Origin: Octopus sinensis
Taxonomy: Eukaryota
Direction of reading: 5' to 3'
Length of the DNA stretch: 64,000 nt
Assembly: GCF_006345805.1 (NCBI RefSeq)
Contig: NC_043006.1
Location: 69,626,001-69,690,000 of the forward strand
The notes beneath the pieces were generated by a model. It was not told where the DNA came from, did not search any database, and saw only the letters and a list, made by a program, of their open reading frames with translations. Shown one piece after another: positions 37,991 to 51,306 of the stretch; positions within the stretch are counted from its first letter, which is position 1; each line of letters opens with the position of its first letter. The position numbers were made by a program, and so were the translations under genes.

Positions 37991-38030
37991 ATAATAGTTA
38001 TCGCCATATTAGTATGGCGATAACTATTAT
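37991..38030. other. Perfect 40-bp hairpin (18-bp arms, TTAG loop)
   Basis: ATAATAGTTATCGCCATA-TTAG-TATGGCGATAACTATTAT. Confidence 0.9.
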
Positions 38031-38563
38031 ATATATATTATATATATATATATATATACATACATACATACATACACCACACACACAAACAAAGGCAGAG
38101 GTGATGGGGTATATAAAATATTTTCATTTAAGGGAGAAAACTAGGGCAGGTTTCGACATTATCATTCTTGTCTAACTAGAATCGGCAACTAAGTATACAG
38201 ATTAAAACACGTAGGTGTAGGATTCTAAGTTGTGGAAGTAAATATATATATAATCTATAATATATATATATATATATATATATAATTCGAATTATGTATA
38301 TATAATCTGAATTATGCAATAGAAGCTCTATATCAGAGTTGTTATCTATATAACATACATAACTTTTGTGTGTCGTTGAAAAGTCAGAAGCTGCAGTCAG
38401 CTTTCCTTCAGAAAAATTCCCTTTCTAAATATATTGTACAAATGAAATCGCCCTGTATGTGACTCCGAGAGCGACAGATACGTATTTCTCCGTTAATGCA
38501 GTTTCTCAGTGTCACGTTTTCGTGTCACTTCCGAAACGAAATCGAATCAGGTAATCGAGTAAA

Positions 38564-38647
<84 letters not shown>

Positions 38648-39972
38648 TGTGTGTGTGTATAAACTAAATACTAGTTTGCAATGGAGCCATATAAGCAGAA
38701 TCAAATTAGATTTATGCAACGGAAACAGCTCCATAGTAAAGTCTTTTGTGTATATAACATAATGAATGTGTGTAGTTGAAAAGCCAGAATCTGCAGCTTT
38801 TCGGCTGGAAGAAACTCTAAATAAAAATATACTGTTTGGAAAGTTATAATATGCATCAGAGCTAGGAACGTGATTGTGAAGAGAACCTCCTTTACATGAA
38901 TATATGTCTTCTTATGTGTGAAAATGAGAATTTGTGCCTGCATGATTGCGATTGGGAACGTGTGTGTGTGTGTGTGAGAGAGTATTTTGTAATATCACAT
39001 CATAATCTTTGGTCCACATCTGCCAAAGACAACCATTGCATGGAATATTTTATTTCTAATTTTAGAAAAAGATTAAGAGAATTTTCTCATAGGTCATGTG
39101 TTACGAAGTTAGACGTTAGAAATGTCTGTGTGTGTGTTCTGGTCTGTTTGCGAGAATCAGTGAATAGTGGCGGGGTGCGTGTGAACGGCTGTATGCAAAC
39201 TCAGTCAATTGTTACTGCTAATCTTCATTAAATAGGAAATTAAACGAGAAAGCAGTCCATCTAATGATTGCTCCAGAGTTCATATATATATACATACATA
39301 CATACGTGAAAGAGAAGAAGTCAGAGAGAGACAAACATACAGACATAAAAATTTCAATACTGATTAGGTTCTTGAAAATTTGTTTTTCCAAGTGTAAAAA
39401 TCTAATGTTAAGAAGGGGTAAAAAAAAACATTGTCACGTAGTAGTAGTAGTAGTAGTAGTAGTAGTCAAACAGATTGATGAAGTGTGAACGTGTGGTTTG
39501 AGATTTGCGAGAAAATCAAATGAAAAGCTGGCGGTGTTATATAATCTAGAATTATTATGAAATGAAAACAAAAAACGTTAATCTAGCTTTCGAGGTTATG
39601 CTAATTACTAGAAAACTAACTGCAGAAGATATCGGATATAACTTCAAGTGATTTCACTTTCAATTCCATATTTGGAAATTAAGTAGGGAAGATAACTCAA
39701 CGTTTTCTTCAAACCAGTGTTACAACTGGAGGCTCTATTGAATGTACATAAAATGATATACAGCTCAAAATGTTTAGGGGTCATGTATATTAAATTTGTG
39801 GGTATAAATTAATCAAGGAATATTAAAGATATCATTATAGTCGAATTACTTGTAATTAATAAAGAAATATCATTTTAAATTTTGTAGATTTCGAAGTGAA
39901 GGTTGCGACCTCGGATTTTGAAGCAACTAGTTGACTAGAGAGGTGACTCCCCAATAACTGCACTTTACTGAG

Positions 39973-40053
39973 TATATATAAAATAAAGGATAAAACTGTT
40001 AAAAATCATATAACTATATATATATATAAAATAGAGGATAAAATCGTAAAATT

Positions 40054-40084
<31 letters not shown>

Positions 40085-40185
40085 TATATATAAAATAGAG
40101 GATAAAATCGTAAAATTTTATATATACATATATATATATTATATATAAATAAGACGGATAAAAATCGTATAAAAATTTATATAAC

Positions 40186-40217
<32 letters not shown>

Positions 40218-40464
40218 GAGGATAAAATCGTAAAAAATTTATATAACATATATTATATATATATATATATAAAATAGAGGATAAAATCGTAAAAAATTTA
40301 TATATACATATATCTTATATATCTATATATATAGATCTATATTATATATATATATATTATATATATAAACTAGAGGATTAAAATCGAAAATTTATATAAC
40401 ATATATATATATATATATAAAATAGAGGATAAATAGTAAAAATTTATATATATACATATATATT
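39973..40464. repeat. Minisatellite, ~8 units of AAAATAGAGGATAAAATCGTAAAA separated by variable (TA)n
   Basis: Direct inspection. Confidence 0.9.
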
Positions 40465-40870
40465 TATAATAGTCGTTAAAATTTAATATAATACATATAT
40501 ACATAGAGAGAGAGACCGGTTAAGGTGAAATCATAAATATAAATTAGAATTAAGGGCATAAAAGATCTACTCTATATGCTGAAAATAGTTGCTAAATCGT
40601 CCAACTACTTTTAATCATCACAAAATTACACATGTGTTGGAATCGAGTGTAATTTAAAGTATTTATATACAAGATGGATTAAAGAATATTTATTTTCGCT
40701 CCTCAATTTTGTTTACTGCTTCGTTCATTAATGTTCATTGTTTATTTTATCCAAAATCCTCGAGTGCATTAAGTAGCTAAATTATTAGAGCGATTTAAAG
40801 TGTGTGTGTATGTATGTTTGTGTGGATAGTATTTATTGGTGTATAGATTTTATATATTAATAAAGTAAAG

Positions 40871-41191
40871 ACTGGTACTCCGTCAGTTACGATGATGAGT
40901 GTTCCACTTGATCCGATCAACGGAATAGCCTGCTCATGAAATCAACGTGCAAATGGCTGAACACTCCACAAAGTACACTTAAGGTAGTTTTCAGAGAGAT
41001 TCAGCATAACACAGAATGGAACAAGGCTGTTCCTTTAAATTACAGGCACAAGTTATTTTTACCAGCAGAGTGGAGTGGAGCAATGTGAAATAAACTGTCT
41101 TGCCCAAGGACATAAAGCGCCACCTGGAATCGAACTCACGACATAACGACCGTAAGCCGAATATCGTAGCCATTAAACCACGCGCATTCAC
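40871..41191 (-). mobile_element. tRNA-derived SINE, family E, full length
   Basis: Minus strand GTGAATGCGCGTGGTTTAATGG head, GAGTTCGATTCC B-box, TGTCCTTGGGCAAGACAG central motif. Confidence 0.8.
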
Positions 41192-41224
41192 AATATAAGT
41201 AGGAGGTAGACAGAATGAGGATTC

Positions 41225-41499
41225 TTTCTTTTATTTATTTTCTTGTTGTAGTCATTTGATTGCGGCCGTGTTGGGACACCGCCTTTAGTCGAACAAAACG
41301 ACCTCAGGACATTCTTTGTAAGCCTAATACTTATTCTATCGATGTGTTTTGCCGAACACGCTACGTTATTGGGACGTAAACACACTAACATCGGTTTTCA
41401 AACGATGGTGGGGGGGGACAGACACAAACACACACACATTATATATATATATATATACACATATATAAATATATATACACATATAAAAAATATATATAT

Positions 41500-41533
<34 letters not shown>

Positions 41534-41902
41534 ATATATATATATATAAATATATATATAAATGTGCTTTCGATGCAAATGTTTTTTTTTATAACGGCAA
41601 CGTTTTTACAATCAATGTAAATAATAATAATGGTATTTTTATATGATGATCACCGTGCAATGACTAAGGAAAATAGTCTAATAAAGGGGCACATAAGCCC
41701 CCGATAGAAAAAATGATTTTCCTATCTGCGTGGGAGTCGAACCCACATCCCTTTGTTAACGCAACTATGTTGCCTTTATCCATTCACAAGGCTTTGGTCG
41801 GTCCGAGGCTATAGAAGACACTTGCCCAAGATGCCACGAAGTGGGACTGAACCCGGAACCATATGGTCGGGAAGCAAGTTACTTACCACACAGCCACGCC
41901 TG
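41225..41902 (-). mobile_element. SINE family B split by expanded (TA)n and an unrelated insert
   Basis: 3' half at 41225-41430, 5' half at ~41775-41902; foreign sequence with GGGAGTCGAACCCAC in between. Confidence 0.8.
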
Positions 41903-41923
41903 TCTCTCTCTCTATATATATAT

Positions 41924-41971
<48 letters not shown>

Positions 41972-42074
41972 TTTCTTGAGCGCTTTCATCCCCTTCGGTA
42001 TTCATTCTCTAATGGAGACGAACGTGCTCAATACATAGTGCTTATCGTAATTCAATCAATATTCTTTTTTTCTT

Positions 42075-42463
42075 TCACTTGTTTCAGACTGCGGCCATGC
42101 TAGAGCACCGCCTTGAAGAATTTTTTTGTAGAATGAATTGTCCCCAGTACTAATTTTTTTGAAGCCTTGTACTCATTCTATCGGTTACATTTGCCAAACT
42201 GCTAGGTTACGGGGGGAATGTAAAAACACAGCACCAGTTGTCAAGACGTGATGGTGGCATGAACACAGACACACACATACAGATATGCATATATATATAT
42301 ACGGCGAGATTCTTTCAGTTTCCGGTTAACCAAATCCAGTCACAAGGTTCTAGTCAGCCCAAAGCTATAATAGAAGATACTCGCCCAAGGTATCACGCAG
42401 TGGAACTTAATCTGGGACCACATGGTTGGGAAGCAATCTTCTTAGCACGCAGCCACACCTGCG

Positions 42464-42465
<2 letters not shown>
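42075..42465 (-). mobile_element. SINE family B, older copy
   Basis: TTTCACTTGTTTCAGACTGCGGCCATGCT ... CCAAGGTATCACGCAGTGG ... CAGCCACACCTGCGCC. Confidence 0.8.
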
Positions 42466-42499
<34 letters not shown>

Positions 42500-42564
42500 A
42501 GACGAGCGTTCGTTTATGTGCGGTGTGCGTGTGTATTATATACACAAGCGTGTATTACATTGTA

Positions 42565-42595
<31 letters not shown>

Positions 42596-43632
42596 AATAG
42601 TTTCATACAGAGCGAAACATGGCCATATTTATTTAATAATTTTTATTTCAACCTAATATATATTATTTCTGGCGTTTAATAGAATCTTTTATTCTTTAAT
42701 AGAGTGGCTTCTAGTTCTGAAAGTTTCCTTTCAGATATAATTATTTGACTGTATACACATACATGCATTTTTACATACATGCATACACTGAAATTCACAT
42801 ATGTACGCAAAAACAAAACCATACAAACATACGATCTCAAACGTACGCAAGTAAATACACACAACATTTCAATGAAACACCGCCCGCCCCCCTTACACAC
42901 ACACACCACCACCACCACACATTTCATCGTTATTTCCCTCCAGTTAACCACATGTTTAAGGAAATAGACCACCATAGTAACATCGCTAGCTAAAATAAAA
43001 AGGTCAGACATCTTGAATGAATTGGTAACCTATGGCATACCTACGTCACCGATTGACCTCGTCACGATCACAACCTAGTTTCGGGAGGTGAAAGGTCGTA
43101 TCGTAAGAATTACTGCTCAACCTCTTGAACTTTGGCCCATATAACACGTGACAAGTGGTGAAATCTTCCGACCTTTCTTCTAAAAGTGTGCTGGTATGTA
43201 TATGTAGATATGCGACTGAGAGTGCGTGGTCTGTGTATGTGTGTGTGTGTGTGTGTACGTGCACATATACACACACACATTTACAAGTGGTTTCTGCTGT
43301 CGTATGTTTATATACATTTTTATGTATATTTGTATATACTCATGCATATGTTAGTGTTTATATGCAGTAATGGTTTTCCTTGTAGTATGCTCATATACAT
43401 CACATATGTTTATTTATACACACACACTACACAAATTAATTTATTGATGACGTCATAAGAGTTTAGAAACTTAGAAAACGTAAAATAATTCGTTTTATGA
43501 ATGGTAAATCTCGAAGCAAATAAAGCTGTAAATAATAAGCATCTAATATTTGTTTGAAAATGTTGATATACAGCCAGACAGACAGACTGACAGGCAGTCA
43601 TACACATATATAGACAGCAACACACGTGTTGT

Positions 43633-43806
43633 AGTTCTATACTTAAGAGATGAGGAATTATGTACATTGTTTATATTTGACGGATATGTGACGTCATCTT
43701 GTTTGTTGTTAACACAATGTTTCGGATGATATACCCTCCCGTCTTCATCAGGTGTCTTGGGGAAATTTCGAACCTGGGTTCTCATTCCTAAGGTACTTTG
43801 CGATGT

Positions 43807-43842
<36 letters not shown>

Positions 43843-43986
43843 CATATCGAAAAATACCTTAGGAATGAGAAGGCAGGTTTGAAATTTCCCCAAGACACTT
43901 GATGAAGGCTGGAGGGTATATCAGCCGAAACGTTGTGTTAACAACAAACAAGAGGAGAACAAATATCCGTCAAATGTAAACAATGT
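43633..43986. mobile_element. Palindromic (head-to-head) retroposon with a hammerhead-like motif in each arm, copy 2, with TSD
   Basis: Arms 43660-43808 and 43840-43986 are reverse complements around an (AAT)n centre; 11-bp TSD ACACGTGTTGT (43622-43632) / ACACGTGTTAT (43987-43997). Confidence 0.9.
43894..43939 (+). ncRNA. Minimal type-I hammerhead motif (C3T core variant)
   Basis: GACAC-TTGATGA-A-GGCTG-GAGGGTATAT-CAGCC-GAAA-CGTT-GTGTT; stems I and II intact. Confidence 0.55.
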
Positions 43987-44709
43987 ACACGTGTTATATG
44001 TCTATGCAGATGCTTATATCCGTACGTATATGTGTCTATGTCTTGTGTAAATATCTCTACGTCTTGTGTAAATGTGTATGTATGTATGTATAAGCAATGT
44101 TATGCATATTAGTGGACATATATACAATGTAAATATTTTTTTATTACATGTATGTGAGTATGTAAGCGAGTGGTTAAGAATTTTATTTCGCAATAATGAG
44201 ACACTGATTTTGATACCATTCCATGTCATCATGGGCTCGCTCCTAACTTCTAGCTTCATTTCAGATGGAGTCGAGTATCTGAGCTATGTGAGTGAAACTG
44301 GGAAGACGGAATTTTGTATTGAGATCCGTAAGACAAAAACAGATAGCCTTGACATTATACCAGTGATATACTGCGGTTTATAACATAGTCTAATTTGTAT
44401 TCTAAACATTATTGTTGTGGCTGGTTGTAACGAAAGCCATTACCACAAAGCAAGAAGTTTGCCAACGTAGGTTCAATGCCAATATGTTCCACTTGACATG
44501 AGAACAGATTTGATCGTCACATTTTCTCTTCCATCTTTCTCTGCAGCCTACGACAGTAATACTTGCGAAAACAGCTGTATTGATTTATTAAAAATCAGAA
44601 GTTACGAGACCCCTGAGCTACATCTGATTATAATATATCCACACGATAGCTGGTTTTTGTGTCCAAACATAATTAGGAAAAGCAGCAAGACCTCAGGTAA
44701 CTATGTAAA

Positions 44710-44960
44710 CTGTTGGTTCTCAACCATTTTTTGCGTGTAGACCGCTTTGATTCCTATTTCACTCTACTGGAACCCCATGGCCATTCGATATTTTTTAAAA
44801 TCCTATATTTTTATATAAAATTATTAGGAATCGTATAAAAAAAGAATTGTTAAAATATTTTGTGTATTGAAAAAGTATAACTGATTTATTGCACAATTTT
44901 CAACAACTAAATCTTATCTGGACCCCCAAAGGTCATGAAGACGCCAGCTGAGAAATATGC
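44710..44960. mobile_element. hAT-like MITE (copy 2)
   Basis: CTGTTGGTTCTCAACC ... CCAGCTGAGAAA; homologous to 2322-2515. Confidence 0.55.
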
Positions 44961-45208
44961 AAGCTTTGGTCTGATGGGGATCGTGACGATGGATCTGTCC
45001 TTCTTCGGCATTTCTCATCCACCATAGTAGCTCCGGCCTTCTAAAAGTTGCTTGCAATAACCAGGATGCAGTTTTGTCCCACCTCCCTGTGTGCTGCAGC
45101 TACTTCTCACACTGTGGGTTCGATTCCTGATTGGGTCGATGGTGTTTCAGCTGGTCTTTGAAGAGCTTCAAACGTGTCCTATCTCTTAAATAACACAAAC
45201 ATAACACT

Positions 45209-45487
45209 TTGTTCCTTCTCGAGCCATGCCTGGCTCATAAGGGCCGGTTTCATTGGCGTGTAGGTTCCCCACCTGGACGGGACGCCGATCCGTCGCAGGT
45301 GAGCTGCTAGATGCAAGAGGAAAGAGTGAGAGAAAGCTGTGGCGAAAATGTCAGCAGAGGTTCCCCATTACCTTCTGCCGGAGCCGCGTGGAGCTTAGGT
45401 GTTTCGCCCATAAACACACACATCGCCCGGTCTGAGATTCGAACCTGCGATCCCTCGAACCCTAACCACTAGGCCATGTGCCTCCAC
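45209..45487 (-). mobile_element. SINE family C with TSD
   Basis: Reverse complement of 33875-34179 (small deletion in head); 11-bp TSD AACATAACACT at 45198-45208 and 45488-45498. Confidence 0.9.
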
Positions 45488-45849
45488 AACATAACACTGC
45501 ATATAAAATATCTATATACCATCTACATAACACAGCTAAGTAATACGTTTACGATGCAAAGTACGTATATGTAACACACCAAAGCAACACATTAACACCG
45601 CACGCTAACATAATATGACCCAGCAATATGGCACACACCAACAACGCGCGTGCATGCATACACATACACATATACGAACAAAACCCATCTCCCAACCAGC
45701 ACGTGTTCCATCACATCATCTCTCTTCACAAACATAATTAGATAAACACGAATCACATGAAATATCATTCCCCCTATTTCCATCATTACCAATAATACAG
45801 ACAAGGTGTGTGAATGAGTATGTACGTGTGCATGCTTGAGTGTATGTAT

Positions 45850-45890
45850 ATATATATATCTAGACGTACATGAAACTATAATATATATAT

Positions 45891-45959
<69 letters not shown>

Positions 45960-46607
45960 TGTGTAAATATTACGTGAAGGAAACTCCAGTACAGATCATG
46001 AATGTATTCCTATACATAAACATTACAGCAATGCACAAATATACTAATCCATATATATATATATATATATATCCATATATATACTATATATATATTAATC
46101 CATATATATATATATATATATATTATCCATATATATATATAATATATCTATATATATATCCATATATATATATATATATATCCATATATATATATATATA
46201 TATCATTATATATCTATATATATATATATATATATATCCATATATCCATATATATATATATATCCATATATATAATAATATCAATATATCCATATATATA
46301 TATCCATATATATATATAATATATATATATATATATCCTATATATCCATATATATATATATATCCATAATATATATATATCCATATATATATATATATCC
46401 ATATAATATATATATATATCCATATATATATATATATCCATATATATATATATATCATATAGATTATATATATATATATATCATATATATCCATATATAT
46501 ATATATATATATCCATATATATATCCATATATATATATTATATATCCTATATATCCATATATATATATATATATATATCCTATATATCCATATATATATA
46601 TATATAT

Positions 46608-46641
<34 letters not shown>

Positions 46642-46665
46642 ATATATATATATATATATATTACT

Positions 46666-46702
<37 letters not shown>

Positions 46703-46807
46703 TATATATATATAGATCCATATATATTATATATATATATATATATCCATATATCTATATATATATATATATATATATATCCATATATATATATATATTA
46801 TATATAT

Positions 46808-46845
<38 letters not shown>

Positions 46846-46901
46846 TATATATATATATATATATATATCATATATATATATATATATATATATCCATATA
46901 T

Positions 46902-46960
<59 letters not shown>
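45850..46960. repeat. ~1.1-kb (TA)n / CCATATATATATAT array ending in (TG)n
   Basis: Direct inspection. Confidence 0.95.
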
Positions 46961-46961
<1 letters not shown>

Positions 46962-47512
46962 GCATAGAGGGGTAAATTAGAGACCTATTTCCAGACATAT
47001 ACACACAATAAATAATACGAGTCACAGATATAACCATTCTCATAAACCTACATATAGATAATCACAAATAAAAATAATATCATATTACAGTAGCACCTCT
47101 ACCCACTCTGGCACGTGCGTAAACACAACAGAAACACACACATATATACACACACACATACATACATACATACATACATACACATATATACACACACACG
47201 CACATATACACACATATACACACACACACACATATATATATATATGCACATATAGACACACACACACACGTATATGCATCTATGTACGCATATATGGAAA
47301 AAACTTAACGCTAGACACAAGTATATATGCACGTATATATAGAATAATTTGAAGGTATGTATGGATGTATATATTTCAATATGTGCACGCAGTTACATAT
47401 GTGTGTATGTCTGATTGCAAATTTTGATAGAAAGAGGCCAGACACAGATCTAAAATAAAGACAGAACATTTCAGCTTCGGGCCATCATCTTTACACTCGC
47501 TTCACACAATGT

Positions 47513-47544
47513 TGACGTCACTTCCTGTGAACTGCAAATGGCGT
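47513..47544. promoter_or_regulatory. Overlapping ETS-CRE motif followed by a YY1-type motif
   Basis: TGACGTCACTTCCTGT (reverse complement CAGGAAGTGACGTCA), then CAAATGGCGT. Confidence 0.35.
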
Positions 47545-48295
47545 CCTCAGTTTGGTTTCGGGGGAAGATAAGTGTAGTTAAGGTATTTTTTGTTGTTGGT
47601 TGTGGTGGTTATTGTGTCGTTGTTATTGTTATTCGAGGTGGCGGTGGTGACGATTGTGTAAGACTAGTAGCGGTGGAAGGTGTGGTGGTTCTAATGGTGC
47701 TAATAATAGTGTTGGTAGTGATGGTCGTGGTATTAGTGGTGACGTAGGTTATTATTAATGATTTTAATAGTGGGGTGGTAGTGTCGATTGTGATATTGGT
47801 AGTAGCAGAGGTGTGGATAATCGTACTGGTTGAATTATGGTGATGAAGGATATACTGATAATAGCATTAAGCAATACAGCGTTAGGGTGGGTGGATTAGT
47901 TGCGGTATTCAAGGGTGGCATTGCTATAGAAATGTAGAGGAAATTTCACGCTGTTGTTGTTATTGTTTATATCACTGCTGTTGTTTTTGTTGTGTTACCG
48001 GATCACATCGAACTGACATGCAGCGATCAATATAAAACAATCAATATTTAGATAACATGGATTCGAAATATTTGCTTGTCTCGAGATATCTGTGTTACAG
48101 CTACAACACATATACATACATACATATATACATGCATACATATATATACCTATATACATTCATATATATACACATATATATATACACAGACTCATACACA
48201 AATAGATAATATATATATATACACACACAACAAATCTTTATATATGTTTATACATTTTGATAGATAGATAGATAGATATAGATATAGATAGATAG

Positions 48296-48338
<43 letters not shown>

Positions 48339-50433
48339 CAGACAGCAGACAGATACAAAAGAATGTATATATATATATAAGGTAGTCTTCTCAAAGTGCC
48401 CCAAAACATTCTTGGTGTATTTAACGATTCATTAAAGACAGCTCAAATTTTGTCTTTTTTATTTTATAACAAAACTGTAAGGTATTTTGATGCCGAAAAT
48501 TTATTCCCAGAAAGTTTTAGTTCAAAACTTACATTAGCTACAATAAACAGATGCAATATTTTGTTTTTTGTTGGGTTTTTTACCTAACAACTCTCTTATG
48601 ATCCTACTGATGTCATGAATACACATGTGGCTATTGTTATATGCATTTATCTCAGGATACCTAATTTTGCACCATGTAAAGAAGTTTGTTCTCTTTTACT
48701 TGTTTCGGGGATTGAACTTCAGCCTTGCTAGAGTATCGCTTTGAAGAGTTTAGTCGATCAAATCTTTCCCCGAGCGTTATTTTAAGACTGATACTATTCG
48801 ATTACTTTTGCCTAGACAACTAAGTTACATGGCCGTACATAAACCAGAACCCGTTGTCAAGTGTTGTGAGTCGAACACACACATGTTTTATATATATATA
48901 TAAAGCGACAAAGAAGGAGGAGACAAGCACGTCAGACCGCTGTACTGTTAGTTGTCGGTATGGGACAATAGTAAATGGCTCTTGCCATTTCAACACAATG
49001 AGACTGAACCCGAATCCACACGGTTGCAAATCGAAATTCTTCACCACATAACTATACTTGCGTATTTTATACTTATGTTCTTATTAGTCCAGTCTATTTA
49101 TCATTTGATATTATTAGCTTATGTAGTATAGTGTTTTAAATGCTAAGAAAACGACTATAACTATCTTTTATGGAATTTCTGTTGAAGGGTTTCTTGCAGC
49201 GGAGATGAACTAAGATATCACCTTATTTATTAAAATTAGGAAATTTTTTGCAATATTTGCCTTAACGTTTAAGGAAGAAGTTAGGTCTAGTTATAATTTT
49301 GGATGGGTTGTATGAGGAGGTGTAAGTTAATCCATCTTTCAAACCATTATTTGCAATAACACAATGGTAATTGGTACTGCTTTGTGAAAAAATTCTTTGA
49401 TTGAAGACAGGTTGGGATTTCTACTACTGTTAATAATTCGGTTTTTAAACATTGTGTGAAGATGACAACAATTTTTATTTATGTATCTGAAATTCGCGTT
49501 TGGATATTTGCACGGTATTTGTTTGTATATATGTTAGAAGTAACATCGAGAAAGCAATACAAAGATTAATGGTTATGCCTAGTTCAAACCGAGATTCTTG
49601 AATATGCTAATGAGGTCAACGCTGAAGCGTGAAGAGAAACCGCTAACTCATCATCTCTGTATAATCTTATGTTTTATGCAGCGAATTGCTTCTTCATTAT
49701 ATCTAATATATATAAACAGACAGACAAGATCGCATATATCTGCAGTTTAATGACCCCCACCCCATACTAGCGTCGAAAGGACTTGTGAAGCTTGATTCTC
49801 TGAGCCAGACAGAATACTTCTTTAAAACTAGAACCTTCAGTGTATAATTTTTTCTATGCTTATGTTGTCTATGTGATCGACAAAAAATGAAAAGGAAAGG
49901 AGAGAGAAAAAAACAGAGAGAGAGAGAGAGATGGTGTGGAGAAGCAACAAGTGGACAAAACAATGTCAGGTCATAAAAAAATAACGAGAGCAGTTTGTCT
50001 GTAACATATCTTTATAGTATATTATACGGTTGATTTGAGTTTTAATTGTGTATCAAACACACGCAGCTATACGTGTACATATATATATATATATATATAA
50101 TATATATAACTAATAATGTCATATTCACACATAGGGTGAGTGTGTATATGTATATAATAGAAATCTTGAAAAAAACATGAACACACACACACACACACAC
50201 ATATATATGCGTGTATATAATACATACATTTTTAAACATACATATATACTTACATGTGTGTGTGTATATGTGTGCAGCTACGTAACCATTATCTTCGTAA
50301 TAATCCAACAACCAATACTTATGCCGGCATTACACTTCTTTCTCTCTCTAGTCTTATCTTTTCCTCTCTATCTACTTCAGTCTATCTCTATCAACACAAT
50401 ATATTTTCTTTTTCCTCATACATATATCCTTTC

Positions 50434-50469
<36 letters not shown>

Positions 50470-51121
50470 ATAGTGTTTTTTATTCATACACACATACACT
50501 CACTCTCTCCCCTCTGTTTCTCTTTCTCTCTCTCACTCACATATACATCTACCCTGTTAACTAAGCTGGCCTCTTATCATACAAATACCATGCTTTGATT
50601 TATTCCACAGACTTAAAGTGATTTCCAGAAAGAAAATAATTAAAATTTAAAACAACAGCAACAATTACAATAAACAAATGTTCGTGGTGATGATGATGAT
50701 GATATTGTTGCTGGTTTCCTACAACAACAACAAATAATAATAATAATAATAATAATACAATAATAACAGATTAAAGTTATCATTATGTGCATGTAATTAA
50801 TTGAATTCTTCTGTAGATTGGAGAGTAGGGGTGCACTTGAGGGATGTAGGGGTGCTGGTTGTGTCTTGGGGGTGGGGTTGAGTAAAGACAGAATGGAAAG
50901 AAGAGGAGAAGAAAGTAGGAAAAGTATTAAAAGCAGGCGGAAGAATGCTGGGTCGGTGGAAGGTAAAATATTTGAAATAAAAACAGTAGTAGTAGTAGTA
51001 GTAGTAAATGGAAGAGGAGGAAAAAGAAGAAAAATAGGTGGAGGTAGTAAATTTTCAATTGTTTAAATAAAATTCTCGAAGCGAAGTTTAAAATTGAATT
51101 TGGAGAAGGAGAATGAGAGGT

Positions 51122-51200
<79 letters not shown>

Positions 51201-51272
51201 TAGAGGAAGAGTGAGTTTAGGAAAGCAAGCATGTGCGGAGAATAATGAAAAATGCGGGTTGTTGATAGATAG

Positions 51273-51306
<34 letters not shown>

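Noticed and set aside
39973-40464. Repeat-spacer pattern resembling a CRISPR array
   Set aside because: The spacers are (TA)n tracts rather than unique sequences; no cas genes; animal DNA.
44276-44298. Possible 23-nt microexon (TTTCAG|ATGG...CTAT|GTGAGT) or the DGVEYLSY... frame
   Set aside because: Good splice signals but no recognisable peptide and no partner exons; cannot be distinguished from chance.
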